Positions 37,801-46,604 of a stretch of DNA of 64,000 nt are shown piece after piece; position 1 is the first letter of the stretch, and each line of letters begins with the position of its first letter. The notes beneath the pieces were generated by a model. The model ran no database searches, was not told the DNA's origin, and worked only from the letters and a program-made list of their open reading frames with translations. The stretch is from contig OZ220696.1 of NCBI GenBank assembly GCA_965116495.1, positions 96,001 through 160,000 on the forward strand. Reading direction: 5' to 3'. The position numbers were made by a program, and so were the translations under genes. Source of the stretch: Gammaproteobacteria bacterium. Lineage in GTDB: Bacteria; Pseudomonadota; Gammaproteobacteria; Eutrophobiales; Eutrophobiaceae.

Positions 37801-38880
37801 GTGGTCGGGCTTGTCCGGGGGGCGCTCCCAGGGTTGCGGCAACGCAGGAATATTCAGGTTGGAGACGGTAAAGCCCGTCAGGCCGGCCTTCGGCTTGGAA
37901 CCGCATCCGGTTGCAGCCTCATCGCGAATCTCGCCGCCGGACCCGGTGGCAGCGCCCGGAAACGGGGAGATCGCCGTGGGGTGGTTGTGAGTCTCCACTT
38001 TCATGAGTATATGTACATCTTCCTGTTCATAACGGTAGGCATGATCCAGGGGCGAGGCAAAGAAGCGCGCGGCCTGGTGGCCGCGCATGACGGCTGAATT
38101 ATCGGAATAGGCGGACAACACCCGGCCCGGATGCGCCGCATGGGTGTCCCGGATCAGGTCAAACAGGCTTTTTGTCCTTGTTTCACCGTCAATAGTCCAC
38201 TCCGCATTAAAGATTTTATGGCGGCAATGCTCCGAGTTCACCTGGGCGAACGTCATCAGTTCCACGTCCGTCGGGTCCCGCCCCATGCCGTTGAACGCTT
38301 CATACAGGTATTCTGTTTCCTGGCCGGATAAAGCCAGCCCCAATACCTCGTTGGCTTCCTGTAACGCGGCCCTGCCGTCAGCAACCAGGTGGATATGCGC
38401 CAGTCTGCCGGCTTCCCGGACGGCAAAAAGACATTCTGCCTCATTCACATCCTCGATAACGGTCTGGGTCATCCTGTCGTGCAGGTGAGGCTTAATCCTG
38501 TCCAGTTCCATGTGCTCCGGTGGGTGTCCGTTTCCGCATTCCAGATACCAGCAGGTCCCGCGTTCTATCCGTTTCAGGTCCGCCAGACCGCAGTGACGCA
38601 GGATGTCCGTCGCCTTGCTCGACCAGGGAGAAATCATTCCCGGCCTGGGTATCACAATGCAGGCGGGTTGCATGGCAACAGTGTCATGTGCCGGTTGCCC
38701 ATAAGCGAGCAATTCGATCAGCCGTTCCTCCTGCACGGGGGTCAAGGGGGAATCAACATCCAGGAAATGGATAAATTCTGCCCGTAGATTGCGGATGCCG
38801 GGTAAAATTCGTGCCAGCGAGGCCAGCTTTTTCTCTATCCGGAATTGTGAGAAGGCGGTGGGGCCGCGAATGATTCGCAT
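34864..38880 (-). CDS. purL: Phosphoribosylformylglycinamidine synthase (large type)
   Basis: NSEHCRHKIFN, KVETHNHPT, HDVGAGG, GGFSYGD, GVCNGCQ, MPHPER. Confidence 0.97.
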   Translation of the reverse strand: MRIIRGPTAFSQFRIEKKLASLARILPGIRNLRAEFIHFLDVDSPLTPVQEERLIELLAYGQPAHDTVAMQPACIVIPRPGMISPWSSKATDILRHCGLADLKRIERGTCWYLECGNGHPPEHMELDRIKPHLHDRMTQTVIEDVNEAECLFAVREAGRLAHIHLVADGRAALQEANEVLGLALSGQETEYLYEAFNGMGRDPTDVELMTFAQVNSEHCRHKIFNAEWTIDGETRTKSLFDLIRDTHAAHPGRVLSAYSDNSAVMRGHQAARFFASPLDHAYRYEQEDVHILMKVETHNHPTAISPFPGAATGSGGEIRDEAATGCGSKPKAGLTGFTVSNLNIPALPQPWERPPDKPDHIASPLDIMLEGPIGAAAYNNEFGRPALAGYFRTFEQAGNPSGAAWGYHKPIMLAGGYGVIRPGHVDKNTLPAGSKIVALGGPAMLIGLGGGAASSVAAGAGKQELDFASVQRDNAEMQRRCQEVIDQCWALGEANPILSIHDVGAGGLSNALPELVHQRDTGAVFDLRAVHSADQGMSPMELWCNESQERYVLAIAAKNVGLFGALCDRERAPYAIIGETNNSGRLVVTDNQSSANPVDVPLDTILGKTPGLSFRVKAYPGAQGNGRLHDIPLAEAISGVLQLPAVSDKRFLITIGDRSVSGLVVRDQMVGPWQTPVADCAVSASSFGAVTGEAMALGERPPVAVSNAPASGRLAVAEALTNICSSRILRLEDVALSANWMAAGAEPAQQSALYATVEAVSTLAQQLHIAIPVGKDSMSMSMAWSQNGRNKQVTAPVSLNVTAYAPVADTRKTLTPRLRRLDDTALLLIDLGMGKNRLGGSALAQVTRQTGLATPDLDDPALLTACFNGVQLLNETGYILAYHDRSDGGLFATLCEMAFAGRCGLDIHTGSAGLQAFLFNEEPGIVLQVHKEHVQTARETLLQSGLPEACLSVVASPNGENEIRIRHRDKVVYTAGINQLHRLWSLTSYHIQALRDNPACAEEEFACLQDDTDPGLSIMPTYQVSSTPTTRPPYHSRASGKPVKRPSSNMDGLSTGFRVKPGKANANSTGKPDIVTGINTARPCVGILREQGVNGHVEMAAAFDRAGFDCIDINMNDLITRSASLDKLTGLVACGGFSYGDVLGAGGGWAKSILYNDRLRDEFERFFKRTGSFGLGVCNGCQMLSRLRSIIPGAGHWPDFERNRSEQFESRVVMVEIIDSPSLFFQGMAGSKMPIVVAHGEGRAVFNGDRQNASTVMPGTVMRYVDNRGEVTETYPANPNGSSRGLTGFTSTDGRFTILMPHPERVFLTQQLSWIATDQPGTDSPWMQMFYNARRWLD
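35690..35780. repeat. Complete dRS3/RPE-like bipartite element (family A) translated inside purL
   Basis: TTCCGGG-CTTGA-CCCGGAATCCAGTA ... TACTGGCTTCCCGC-TTGC-GCGGGAATGG; reading frame preserved. Confidence 0.82.
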
Positions 38881-39815
38881 CAGGGGTTTATGTCAAGGTT
38901 CTCCAGAAACTCAACCATCAGCGCGGCGCACTCCTGGGGTTTCTCCAGCATAAGGAGATGCGATGTTTCGGGTATGAAGTCATAGTCAGCGTGAATAATG
39001 TTACTGAGGTTTGTGCCCGGGATAAACGAATATCGTTCTGTCGGGTCGCCCCCGATTACCTTTAACGGGCAGGCAAGATTCTCTATCTCCGAGTACTCGA
39101 CCCAGGTGGAAAAAAACTCCCAGGCCCGGGCCTCATGCTCGACCGGACAGCACAACTCGTACCCGGCGCCATCCGCGGCCGGGCGCAGCACTGTCCGGGC
39201 GAACAGGTCCGGCACGCCGGGTTGCATGCGGGCGAAAGCCGGTTTGCCCCGAAGTTGCCCGGCAAACTCTTCCCGGGTTTTGAACCTGGACTGGCGTTTC
39301 AGGGTGGAGCTGCTCATCTTGTACTCCATATTCACCAGGTCTTCATACGTGCCCCAGGGTAGTTTAAGCGGCGGATCGAACAGGACAAGGGCTGAGAATG
39401 CGCTGTCCCCGTTGCCCTTAAAGGCAGTGAATACGCTATCCTGTTGCCCTTGAAGGATCGCGATCAGGGCCGACATGGAATGGTACACACCGACCTTCGG
39501 TTTCTCACCGAAATGCCGGTCGATAGCCTGGTACACAGTCATGTTATCGTTGACAAAGGTCCAGAAGTTATGTGCCCGGAGGTCGCTGACCGGGTTCCAA
39601 CCGTGGCAGCGGATATCATGGATGACCACATCGAAACGGTCGGTCAACAGGGACCAGAAGGGATAGTACAGGTCGGCCGAGAAACCGTTACCGTGACTCA
39701 AAACGATCCGTGGTCCTTGCGGGTTGCCGTGGCGGCGGATGATTATCAGCGCACCGTCGTCCATGCGCGCCTCGACCGTAGCCAGGGGCGCCGGCAACTC
39801 CCAACTATCAATCAT
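38880..39815 (-). CDS. Alpha/beta hydrolase
   Basis: LSHGNGF, DIRCHG, nucleophile elbow YHSMSA, LVLFDPP, SHLLMLE. Confidence 0.85.
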   Translation of the reverse strand: MIDSWELPAPLATVEARMDDGALIIIRRHGNPQGPRIVLSHGNGFSADLYYPFWSLLTDRFDVVIHDIRCHGWNPVSDLRAHNFWTFVNDNMTVYQAIDRHFGEKPKVGVYHSMSALIAILQGQQDSVFTAFKGNGDSAFSALVLFDPPLKLPWGTYEDLVNMEYKMSSSTLKRQSRFKTREEFAGQLRGKPAFARMQPGVPDLFARTVLRPAADGAGYELCCPVEHEARAWEFFSTWVEYSEIENLACPLKVIGGDPTERYSFIPGTNLSNIIHADYDFIPETSHLLMLEKPQECAALMVEFLENLDINP

Positions 39816-39840
39816 TCATCTCCCCTTGCCATTTGCAAAC

Positions 39841-39968
39841 GACCGTCATTTGCGAAGCTTGTCCCTGCGAAAGCAGGGAGCAGGAATCCACTGGATACCG
39901 GCCTGCGCCGGTACGACAACCGTCATGCCTGCGGACGACCGTCATTCCTGCGCAAGCAGGAATCCAGA
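39841..39968. repeat. Cluster of family-A palindromes
   Basis: CCGTCATTCCTGCGCAAGCAGGAATCCAG, CTGGATACCGGCCTGCGCCGGTACGAC, nested CCCTGCGAAAGCAGGG. Confidence 0.8.
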
Positions 39969-40019
39969 ACGCAGCAGTGTAGAATAATCCAGGAGCATGA
40001 CGAGACGCCGAACTCATGG

Positions 40020-41423
40020 TTATCTGCCAGGCTTCTGCCCCTTTCCCCCGGATATGATTTGCTCTGTCTGTTGTACGGCGTTGCCAATGTAGTCCTTGGG
40101 AGAGAGTTTGGCCAACGCGGCTTTATCCTGTGCGGGGATGTCAAGTCCGGCAATGAATTCCCGTAATATTGCCAGGGTGACGCGCTGTCCGCGGGTCAGT
40201 TCCTTGAGCTTTTCGTAGGGTTCCTCGATACCGTGCCGGCGCATCACCGTTTGTATGGCCTCTGCCAGCACTTCGGGGTTGTCTTCCAGGTCGGCATTGA
40301 TCCTTTCCGTATTCGCTTCAAGCTTGTTCAGCCCCTTCAGGCAGGACCGGTAGGCGATGATGCAATGGGCTATCGCTGTCCCCATGTTCCTGGTGACGGT
40401 GGAATCGGTGAGGTCCCGCTGCCAGCGCGATACCGGCAGTTTTTCCGCCATGAAAGTAAGCAGGGCATTGGCAACCCCCAGGTTGCCTTCTGCGTTCTCG
40501 AAGTCGATGGGATTGACCTTGTGGGGCATGGTTGATGACCCGACCTCGCCCTCGACCGGTTTCAACTGGAAGTAATCCAGGGCAATATAACCCCAGATAT
40601 CCCGGCATAAATCGACCAGGACCGTATTGATCCGGTCGAGCGCATGGCAGTATCCGGCCAGGTAATCACGGGATTCGATCTGGGTAGTATGCGGGTTGTG
40701 TTCGAGTCCGAGGCTCTCCTCCACGAATACGCGTGAGAACTCCATCCAGTTAACCCCGGGATAAGCCGCCAGGTGCGCATTGAAATTCCCCACCGCACCG
40801 TTCATCTTACCCAGTATTCCAACCTGGTTGAACAGGGTTTGCTGGCGCCGCAGCCGGTGCGCGAAGACGGCCAGTTCTTTCCCCAGGGTGGTCGGGGAGG
40901 CGGGCTGGCCATGGGTTCTTGCCAGCATGGGTTGTGTGGCCCAGCGTCCAGCCAAGCTACAGAGAACATCAATCAGCTTGTCCAGGTCCGGGTCTAAATG
41001 TTGTTCCCGCGCCTCTGCCAGCATCAGGCCCTGGCTGAGATTGTTGATATCTTCCGAAGTGCAGGCAAAATGAACGAACCCGGAGGCCGAGCGCAATTCC
41101 CCGTTATCCCGGATCTTTTCCCGGATGAAATATTCCACCGCCTTCACGTCGTGGTTGGTGGTTTTTTCGATCTCCTTGATCCTGCCGGCATCAGCCGTGC
41201 AGAAATCACGGATAATCGTTTCAAGTTCCCGGTTAGCCGCCGGACTTAATTCAGACAGTCCGGTAATACCGGGGTGCTTTGCCAGGGCTTGCAACCAGCG
41301 GATCTCAACCTGCACCCGCCTGTGGAACAGGCCGTACTCACTGAAAACAGTACGCAATGCCGCCGTCCGGGGTCCGTAGCGGCCGTCTACAGGTGATATA
41401 GCAGTGAGATCGCTTAATTCCAT
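40020..41423 (-). CDS. purB: Adenylosuccinate lyase
   Basis: LTAISPVDGRY, TTNHDVKAVEY, GSSTMPHKVNPIDFEN. Confidence 0.97.
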   Translation of the reverse strand: MELSDLTAISPVDGRYGPRTAALRTVFSEYGLFHRRVQVEIRWLQALAKHPGITGLSELSPAANRELETIIRDFCTADAGRIKEIEKTTNHDVKAVEYFIREKIRDNGELRSASGFVHFACTSEDINNLSQGLMLAEAREQHLDPDLDKLIDVLCSLAGRWATQPMLARTHGQPASPTTLGKELAVFAHRLRRQQTLFNQVGILGKMNGAVGNFNAHLAAYPGVNWMEFSRVFVEESLGLEHNPHTTQIESRDYLAGYCHALDRINTVLVDLCRDIWGYIALDYFQLKPVEGEVGSSTMPHKVNPIDFENAEGNLGVANALLTFMAEKLPVSRWQRDLTDSTVTRNMGTAIAHCIIAYRSCLKGLNKLEANTERINADLEDNPEVLAEAIQTVMRRHGIEEPYEKLKELTRGQRVTLAILREFIAGLDIPAQDKAALAKLSPKDYIGNAVQQTEQIISGGKGQKPGR

Positions 41424-41429
41424 CATATT

Positions 41430-41508
41430 TTTGGGGCCAGAGTAAAAATACAATCAGTTTGGTAAATGCATCAGGCTTATTATCACGCATTTTTACTCTG
41501 ACCCCAAA
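41430..41508. repeat. GGGGTCAG-type inverted repeat (family C) at the purB start
   Basis: TTTGGGGCCAGAGTAAAAAT / ATTTTTACTCTGACCCCAAA, 19 of 20 complementary; extra partial arm at ~41511-41525. Confidence 0.72.
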
Positions 41509-41523
41509 CCTTTACTCCGACCC

Positions 41524-41820
41524 CACAAATCCGCCGGGAGCGAATTTACAAAGTACATCCTGTACTTTGCCCCTTCGGGGCCAGTCTTGCTTTGCTCGAC
41601 TGTTCAAATCTGTTCCATACAGATTTGTGGACGTCCGCAGGACGCCCGCAGGGTGTGTACCAGGGAAGGCGCACATCACAAATCCGCCGGGAGCGAATTT
41701 GGACGTCCGGAGGACGCCCGTAGGGTGTGTGCCAGGGAAGGCGCACATCACAAATCCGCCGGGAGCGAATTTGGACGTCCGGAGGACGCCCGTAGGGTGT
41801 GTGCCAGGGAAGGCGCACAT
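41524..41820. repeat. Three tandem 72-bp multi-hairpin units (RtT-like), the first interrupted by an 81-bp inverted related unit
   Basis: Units start at 41524, 41677 and 41749; insertion at 41548-41628. Confidence 0.88.
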
Positions 41821-41840
41821 CAAATTTGTGCCTGCCCTGT

Positions 41841-42884
41841 TTATGGACTGGGATTGGGTTGCGATCTATGGATTTCATCGATCCGTTTCAACAGGCGTTT
41901 GTCCAGTTCCAGCTCAACGCTGGCGATGTTCGCGGCAAGCTGTGCCAGCGTGGTTGCGCCGATGATCGTGCTGGTGATGAAAGGGCGCTGGTTGACGAAC
42001 GCCAGGGCCAACTGTGCCGGGTCCATGCCGTGTTCAGCAGCGAGGGCGGTGTATTGCCGGGTACATTCATTGGCCGTTTTGCTGTTATAGCGTTTGTATA
42101 GAGTACCGAACAGGGACAGGCGCGCCCCTTCGGGTTGGTTCCCGTTTAAGTATTTCCCTGATAATACGCCAAAACCCAGCGGAGAATAAGCCAGCAACCC
42201 GATTTTTTCCCGGTGAGCGAATTCTGCAAGACCGATTTCAAAGCTCCTGTTCAGCAGACTGTACGGATTCTGGATCGAGACAATACGCGGCAGGTTTAAT
42301 TCCCGGGCTGTCCTGAGGTACTCGCTGATACCCCAGGGCGTTTCGTTGGAAACGCCGGTATAACGAATCTTGCCTGCCTGTACCAGGTCATCCAGGGCGC
42401 TGAGCGTTTCCTCTATGGGTACGCCGTCCTTGTGCGGGGCATGGTAGTAGTCGAGGCGGCCGAAATAATTCGTGTCCCGTTCCGGCCAGTGAATCTGGTA
42501 TAGATCGATATAATCCGTCTGCATGCGTTTCAGGCTGGCGTCAACGGCCAGTTGCATGTTTTTTTTATTCAGCCGGTTGTTTCCGCCACGCATATACTTG
42601 AGATGGTCTGCATCCGGGCACATCTTGGTGGCGATGATCAGGTTTTGCCGGTCCGGGCGCTGTTTCAGCCAACTGCCCAGGTATTCCTCCGTCCGGCCCT
42701 GGGTCTCGGCCCGTATCGGACTGGGATAGAGTTCCGCGGTGTCAATGAAATTAATGCCTTTGCCCACGGCATAGTCAAGCTGCTGATGGGCTTGCGCCTG
42801 CGTATTCTGTTCTCCCCAGGTCATGCTGCCCAGGCAGATCAGGCTGACGTCGATATCGGTATGTCCCAGTTTCCTGTATTGCAT
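41841..42884 (-). CDS. tas: NADP(H)-dependent aldo-keto reductase, Tas-like
   Basis: ICLGSMTWGEQN, IDTAELY, DLYQIHWP, SIQNPYSLLNR, AYSPLGFG. Confidence 0.88.
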   Translation of the reverse strand: MQYRKLGHTDIDVSLICLGSMTWGEQNTQAQAHQQLDYAVGKGINFIDTAELYPSPIRAETQGRTEEYLGSWLKQRPDRQNLIIATKMCPDADHLKYMRGGNNRLNKKNMQLAVDASLKRMQTDYIDLYQIHWPERDTNYFGRLDYYHAPHKDGVPIEETLSALDDLVQAGKIRYTGVSNETPWGISEYLRTARELNLPRIVSIQNPYSLLNRSFEIGLAEFAHREKIGLLAYSPLGFGVLSGKYLNGNQPEGARLSLFGTLYKRYNSKTANECTRQYTALAAEHGMDPAQLALAFVNQRPFITSTIIGATTLAQLAANIASVELELDKRLLKRIDEIHRSQPNPSP

Positions 42885-43010
42885 GCAGTCGAATCAATGA
42901 AAAGTTGAATAACTAACAGCCGTTCCCCGTAGCCGGACAGCGCCGGAAAAATCAGCACAAGATGTACTGCCTCGTTGCCGCGATATAATACCCTGCGTGT
43001 GGTTATGGTG

Positions 43011-44438
43011 TCATCCCTCCCGTTGCGATAATGCCTCGATCCCGAACTGTTCGACCGCCTCCAGTGTCTCGCGCACGTCATCCCAGTTCGTATTGTGGTT
43101 GATGATGCAGAGCCGAAGCGAAAACTTCCCCTGGAGTGACGTCGATGAGATGAATGCGGGGTCTTCCCAGAACACGCGGGCCAGAATGTTCCTGTTGAGC
43201 TGTTCCAGGGTGCTTTCATCCAGACCAGGGCTGCCGGGGTTGAAGCGGAAGCAAACGACTCCCAGCGACGCCGGGTTCAACATCTCCAGGACCGGTCTTT
43301 CCCGGACATGCTCCTCGGCCCTAACCGCCAGGTCCATCCCCTTTGACACTGCACGCCGGAACGCGGCCATTCCGAAGGTCTGAACCGACATCCACACCTT
43401 CAATGCCCGGAACGAACGGCTCAGTTGCAGGCCGCGATCCGAAAAGTTCGGGTGGTCCGCTCCCCATACCGTATCCTGCAGGACATCATGATGAACCCCG
43501 AATGCATGCTCGAGGGTGCGCGCGTCCTTTACCAGGAGGCAGCCTGCCTCGTAAGGCTGGAAGAACCATTTGTGTGCGTCCAGTCCGACCGAATCGGCCC
43601 GCTCTATCCCGCCCAGAAGTTTTTTCCCCTTCCCGGTGATGGTTGCGAAGCCGCCGTATGCAGCGTCGACGTGCAACCAGATACCTTCCGCCGCACAGTA
43701 ATCCGCCATGGTTTCAAGCGGGTCGATAGCCCCGGTACTGGTTGCCCCGGCATTGGCGCATATCGCAACGGGATTGAACCCTGCACTGCGGTCTTCAGCT
43801 ACGGCCTGCACGAGTGACGCCATATCCAGGCGGAACCGATCATCGCTTGAAATCATGCGTATACACTCCGGCCGGATGCCGACAATCCCGGCTGCGCGGA
43901 TATGTGCGCTATGGCTCTGGTCGCTCATGTAAACGGTCGCGCGTTCCGGGTGGCCCGCGCTTTCCCGCGCCGCGACAAAGGCGTCGACACTGGCCGCCGA
44001 GCCCCCGCTGGTCAGCAGTCCGCCGGCGCTGTCCGGATAGCCCAGCCAGCGTCGAAACCAGTCGATGACCACCAGTTCGACCTGGCTCGGACCGCTTGCG
44101 ACCAGCCAGGTACAGGCATTGACGTTATACCCGGCGCTCATGAAATCAGCCAGTACCCCGGGCCAGGTGGGCGACGACGGGATGAACCCGAAACAACGCG
44201 GGTGATCCAGCCGGGTCGTGAACGGGAGGATATCCCGTGCGGCCTGTTCAATTACCTCCATTGCCGGGCGTCCGTGCTCAGGCGGAGCCTGCATCAGTTG
44301 ATCTGCGAGAATCTGCCGGAATTCGCCGTCCCAGGCATTTTCTTCGGGCAGTTTCCCGGTCCGTTCCACTACAAGCTCCGCCGTCCTGCGTGCAAGCTCG
44401 AGCATAGCCTCGGGCATCATCTGCAGGTCACCACGCAT
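43011..44438 (-). CDS. Group II PLP-dependent decarboxylase (aromatic-L-amino-acid decarboxylase-like)
   Basis: HPRCFGFIP, TSGGS, HSAH, GATSTGAIDP, HVDAAYGG, DAHKW, RALKVW. Confidence 0.88.
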   Translation of the reverse strand: MRGDLQMMPEAMLELARRTAELVVERTGKLPEENAWDGEFRQILADQLMQAPPEHGRPAMEVIEQAARDILPFTTRLDHPRCFGFIPSSPTWPGVLADFMSAGYNVNACTWLVASGPSQVELVVIDWFRRWLGYPDSAGGLLTSGGSAASVDAFVAARESAGHPERATVYMSDQSHSAHIRAAGIVGIRPECIRMISSDDRFRLDMASLVQAVAEDRSAGFNPVAICANAGATSTGAIDPLETMADYCAAEGIWLHVDAAYGGFATITGKGKKLLGGIERADSVGLDAHKWFFQPYEAGCLLVKDARTLEHAFGVHHDVLQDTVWGADHPNFSDRGLQLSRSFRALKVWMSVQTFGMAAFRRAVSKGMDLAVRAEEHVRERPVLEMLNPASLGVVCFRFNPGSPGLDESTLEQLNRNILARVFWEDPAFISSTSLQGKFSLRLCIINHNTNWDDVRETLEAVEQFGIEALSQREG

Positions 44439-44599
44439 TTACCCACCCCGCGATCATTATAGTCATAAACTGTTTCCTGTCTTATACAGGATTATTCCGG
44501 TTGTCACAAAATCATTAACATTTTTTAGTTTCCAGTTGTTGAATTTTGGTTGATACTACTGTCTCCCGGTAACCAGAACTGACTTTGGAAGAGCAACTG

Positions 44600-45643
44600 A
44601 TGGATACAATTACCCTGCTGAAGCCGGATGATTTTCATCTGCACCTGCGCGACGGGGAGGAATTGTCCAGTATTGTGGGTGACAGCGCCCGGCGTTTCGC
44701 CAGGGCTGTCATTATGCCGAACCTGGCGCCACCGGTGGTGTCCGTCCGGCAGGCCCTGGAATACCGGCAGAGGATCCTTGCCTGCTTGCCCGAAAACACG
44801 GGATTTAATCCATTGATGACCCTGTACCTGACCGATGGCACCGGCGCGGACGAAGTGGATCGCGTTGCAGATAATGAGGAGGTGTGTGCATTCAAGTACT
44901 ACCCGGCGGGCGCCACGACCAATTCCGCATCCGGTGTCACGGCTATTGACAAGGTGATACCGTTACTGGAGCATATGGCGCAAAGAGACGTTCCACTGCT
45001 GGTACATGGTGAAGTGACCGATGCCGGTGTTGACGTGTTCGACCGGGAAAAAATGTTTATCGAACGGGTATTGGCGCCACTGGCAGAGAATATCAGTGCA
45101 TTACGGATTGTTTTTGAGCATATCACCACCCGCGATGCGGTACAGTTCGTCAGCGCTGCGTCGGAGAAGGTTGCGGCAACGATTACCCCGCATCACCTGA
45201 TGCTGGACCGGAATGCCATATTTTCCGGTGGAATTAATCCACACCATTACTGCCTGCCCCTCCTGAAAAGGGAAGAACACAGGCAGGCCCTGGTAGCGGC
45301 AGCGGTCAGCGGCAACACGAAATTTTTCCTCGGCAGTGACAGCGCCCCCCACAGCCGGCAGGCAAAAGAAAAGCCGCCGGGCTGTGCGGGCATCTATAAT
45401 GCTTATGCAGGTATTGAATATTATGCTTCCGTATTCGATGCTATGAACAGTCTGGGTACACTGGAACAATTCTCAAGCAGGAATGGTGCGCGTTTTTATG
45501 GATTACCGTTAAATACGGAAAAGATTACACTGCGCCGGGAAGACTGGCGCATACCTCACACGATCACCTTTGCGGGTACCCTGCTGGTGCCGTTCATGGC
45601 GGGTAATGCCTGTCAGTGGAAATTAGTGCAATCTCCGGGTTAA
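44600..45643 (+). CDS. pyrC: Dihydroorotase
   Basis: PDDFHLHLRDG, MPNL, YPAGATTNS, EHITT, GSDSAPH. Confidence 0.95.
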   Translation: MDTITLLKPDDFHLHLRDGEELSSIVGDSARRFARAVIMPNLAPPVVSVRQALEYRQRILACLPENTGFNPLMTLYLTDGTGADEVDRVADNEEVCAFKYYPAGATTNSASGVTAIDKVIPLLEHMAQRDVPLLVHGEVTDAGVDVFDREKMFIERVLAPLAENISALRIVFEHITTRDAVQFVSAASEKVAATITPHHLMLDRNAIFSGGINPHHYCLPLLKREEHRQALVAAAVSGNTKFFLGSDSAPHSRQAKEKPPGCAGIYNAYAGIEYYASVFDAMNSLGTLEQFSSRNGARFYGLPLNTEKITLRREDWRIPHTITFAGTLLVPFMAGNACQWKLVQSPG

Positions 45644-46260
45644 TGCACACTGACAAGAACAGTCTGATTGCGGGACGCTTCCGGGGTTATTACCCAGTGG
45701 TCGTGGACGTGGAAACGGCAGGGTTCAATCCCGTCAAGGATGCCCTGCTCGAGGCCGCAGTGGTGTTTCTGCATGTCGAACCTGACGGTTTGTGGCACCC
45801 CCAGGAGACCATATCAAAACATATCCAGCCGTTTCCCGGCGCCAACCTGGACAAGGCGGCGCTGGATTTTACCGGTATCGACCCTGATCATCCTTTCCGC
45901 AAGGAGATCGCCGTGTCCGAGAAAGAGGCATTACGCGATATTTTCCAGGCCGTCAAGAGGATGATGAAGCAACACGGGTGCAGTCGCGCCATCCTGGTGG
46001 GACACAATCCCTCCTTTGACCTGAGTTTCATCAACGCCGCAGCCAACCGCTGCGGTATCACCCGCAATCCCTTTCACCCATTCAGTACGTTTGACACGGC
46101 CACCCTGGGCGGCCTGGCATACGGCCAGACCGTATTGTCCCGCGCAGTTCAGGCTGCGGGGCTGGACTGGGAAGAGGAAGAAGCGCATTCGGCCCTGTAC
46201 GACGCTGAACGCACGGCCGAACTGTTCTGCAATATCGTCAATCTCTGGCGTTTGCATTAG
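45643..46260 (+). CDS. rnt: Ribonuclease T
   Basis: RFRGYYPVVVDVETAGF, NPFHPFS.FDTATL, HSALYD. Confidence 0.95.
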   Translation: MHTDKNSLIAGRFRGYYPVVVDVETAGFNPVKDALLEAAVVFLHVEPDGLWHPQETISKHIQPFPGANLDKAALDFTGIDPDHPFRKEIAVSEKEALRDIFQAVKRMMKQHGCSRAILVGHNPSFDLSFINAAANRCGITRNPFHPFSTFDTATLGGLAYGQTVLSRAVQAAGLDWEEEEAHSALYDAERTAELFCNIVNLWRLH

Positions 46261-46340
46261 CGCTCCACGTCTCCCGACGGCCATTCCGGGCCCGCCCCGG
46301 ATTCCGCTATACACAACGACATAAATGATGCCACATCATG

Positions 46341-46462
46341 GTTCTGTCATTCCTGCGAATGTTTATCCCTGCGCGGGCAGGGACCGGAATCCAGTGAAAA
46401 AACATTCCTTATAAGGAGTTTTGTTGTCTACTGGATTCCTGCATTTGCAGGAATGACAGAAC
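46341..46462. repeat. Complete intergenic family-A element with 16-bp terminal inverted repeats
   Basis: GTTCTGTCATTCCTGC / GCAGGAATGACAGAAC, internal GGAATCCAG..CTGGATTCC, nested CCCTGCGCGGGCAGGG. Confidence 0.85.
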
Positions 46463-46604
46463 AGGATTTTTACTGGATTTTACTTGGGCAAAACACTACC
46501 GTAAACGGCATGGTTGTGGTAGAATTCCCTGCTTAAGTCAAACTCCATTTCAACTGCAATAAATTGCATGGAGCAACCCTGTTTTTGCCTGATTAGAGAA
46601 AACT

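Noticed and set aside
36278-38097. Long antisense ORFs (351 aa and 269 aa) over purL, and similar ones over gyrA, xdh, mfd and the permease
   Set aside because: Expected shadow ORFs of GC-rich coding sequence; no recognisable motifs
41524-41820. Possible CRISPR array
   Set aside because: Units are contiguous with no unique spacers, too long for CRISPR repeats, and there are no cas genes
41459-42101. Several ORFs with repeated peptides (e.g. 41459-41965, 41587-42090)
   Set aside because: They are translations of the 72-bp DNA repeat in multiple frames and overlap tas; no independent coding signal
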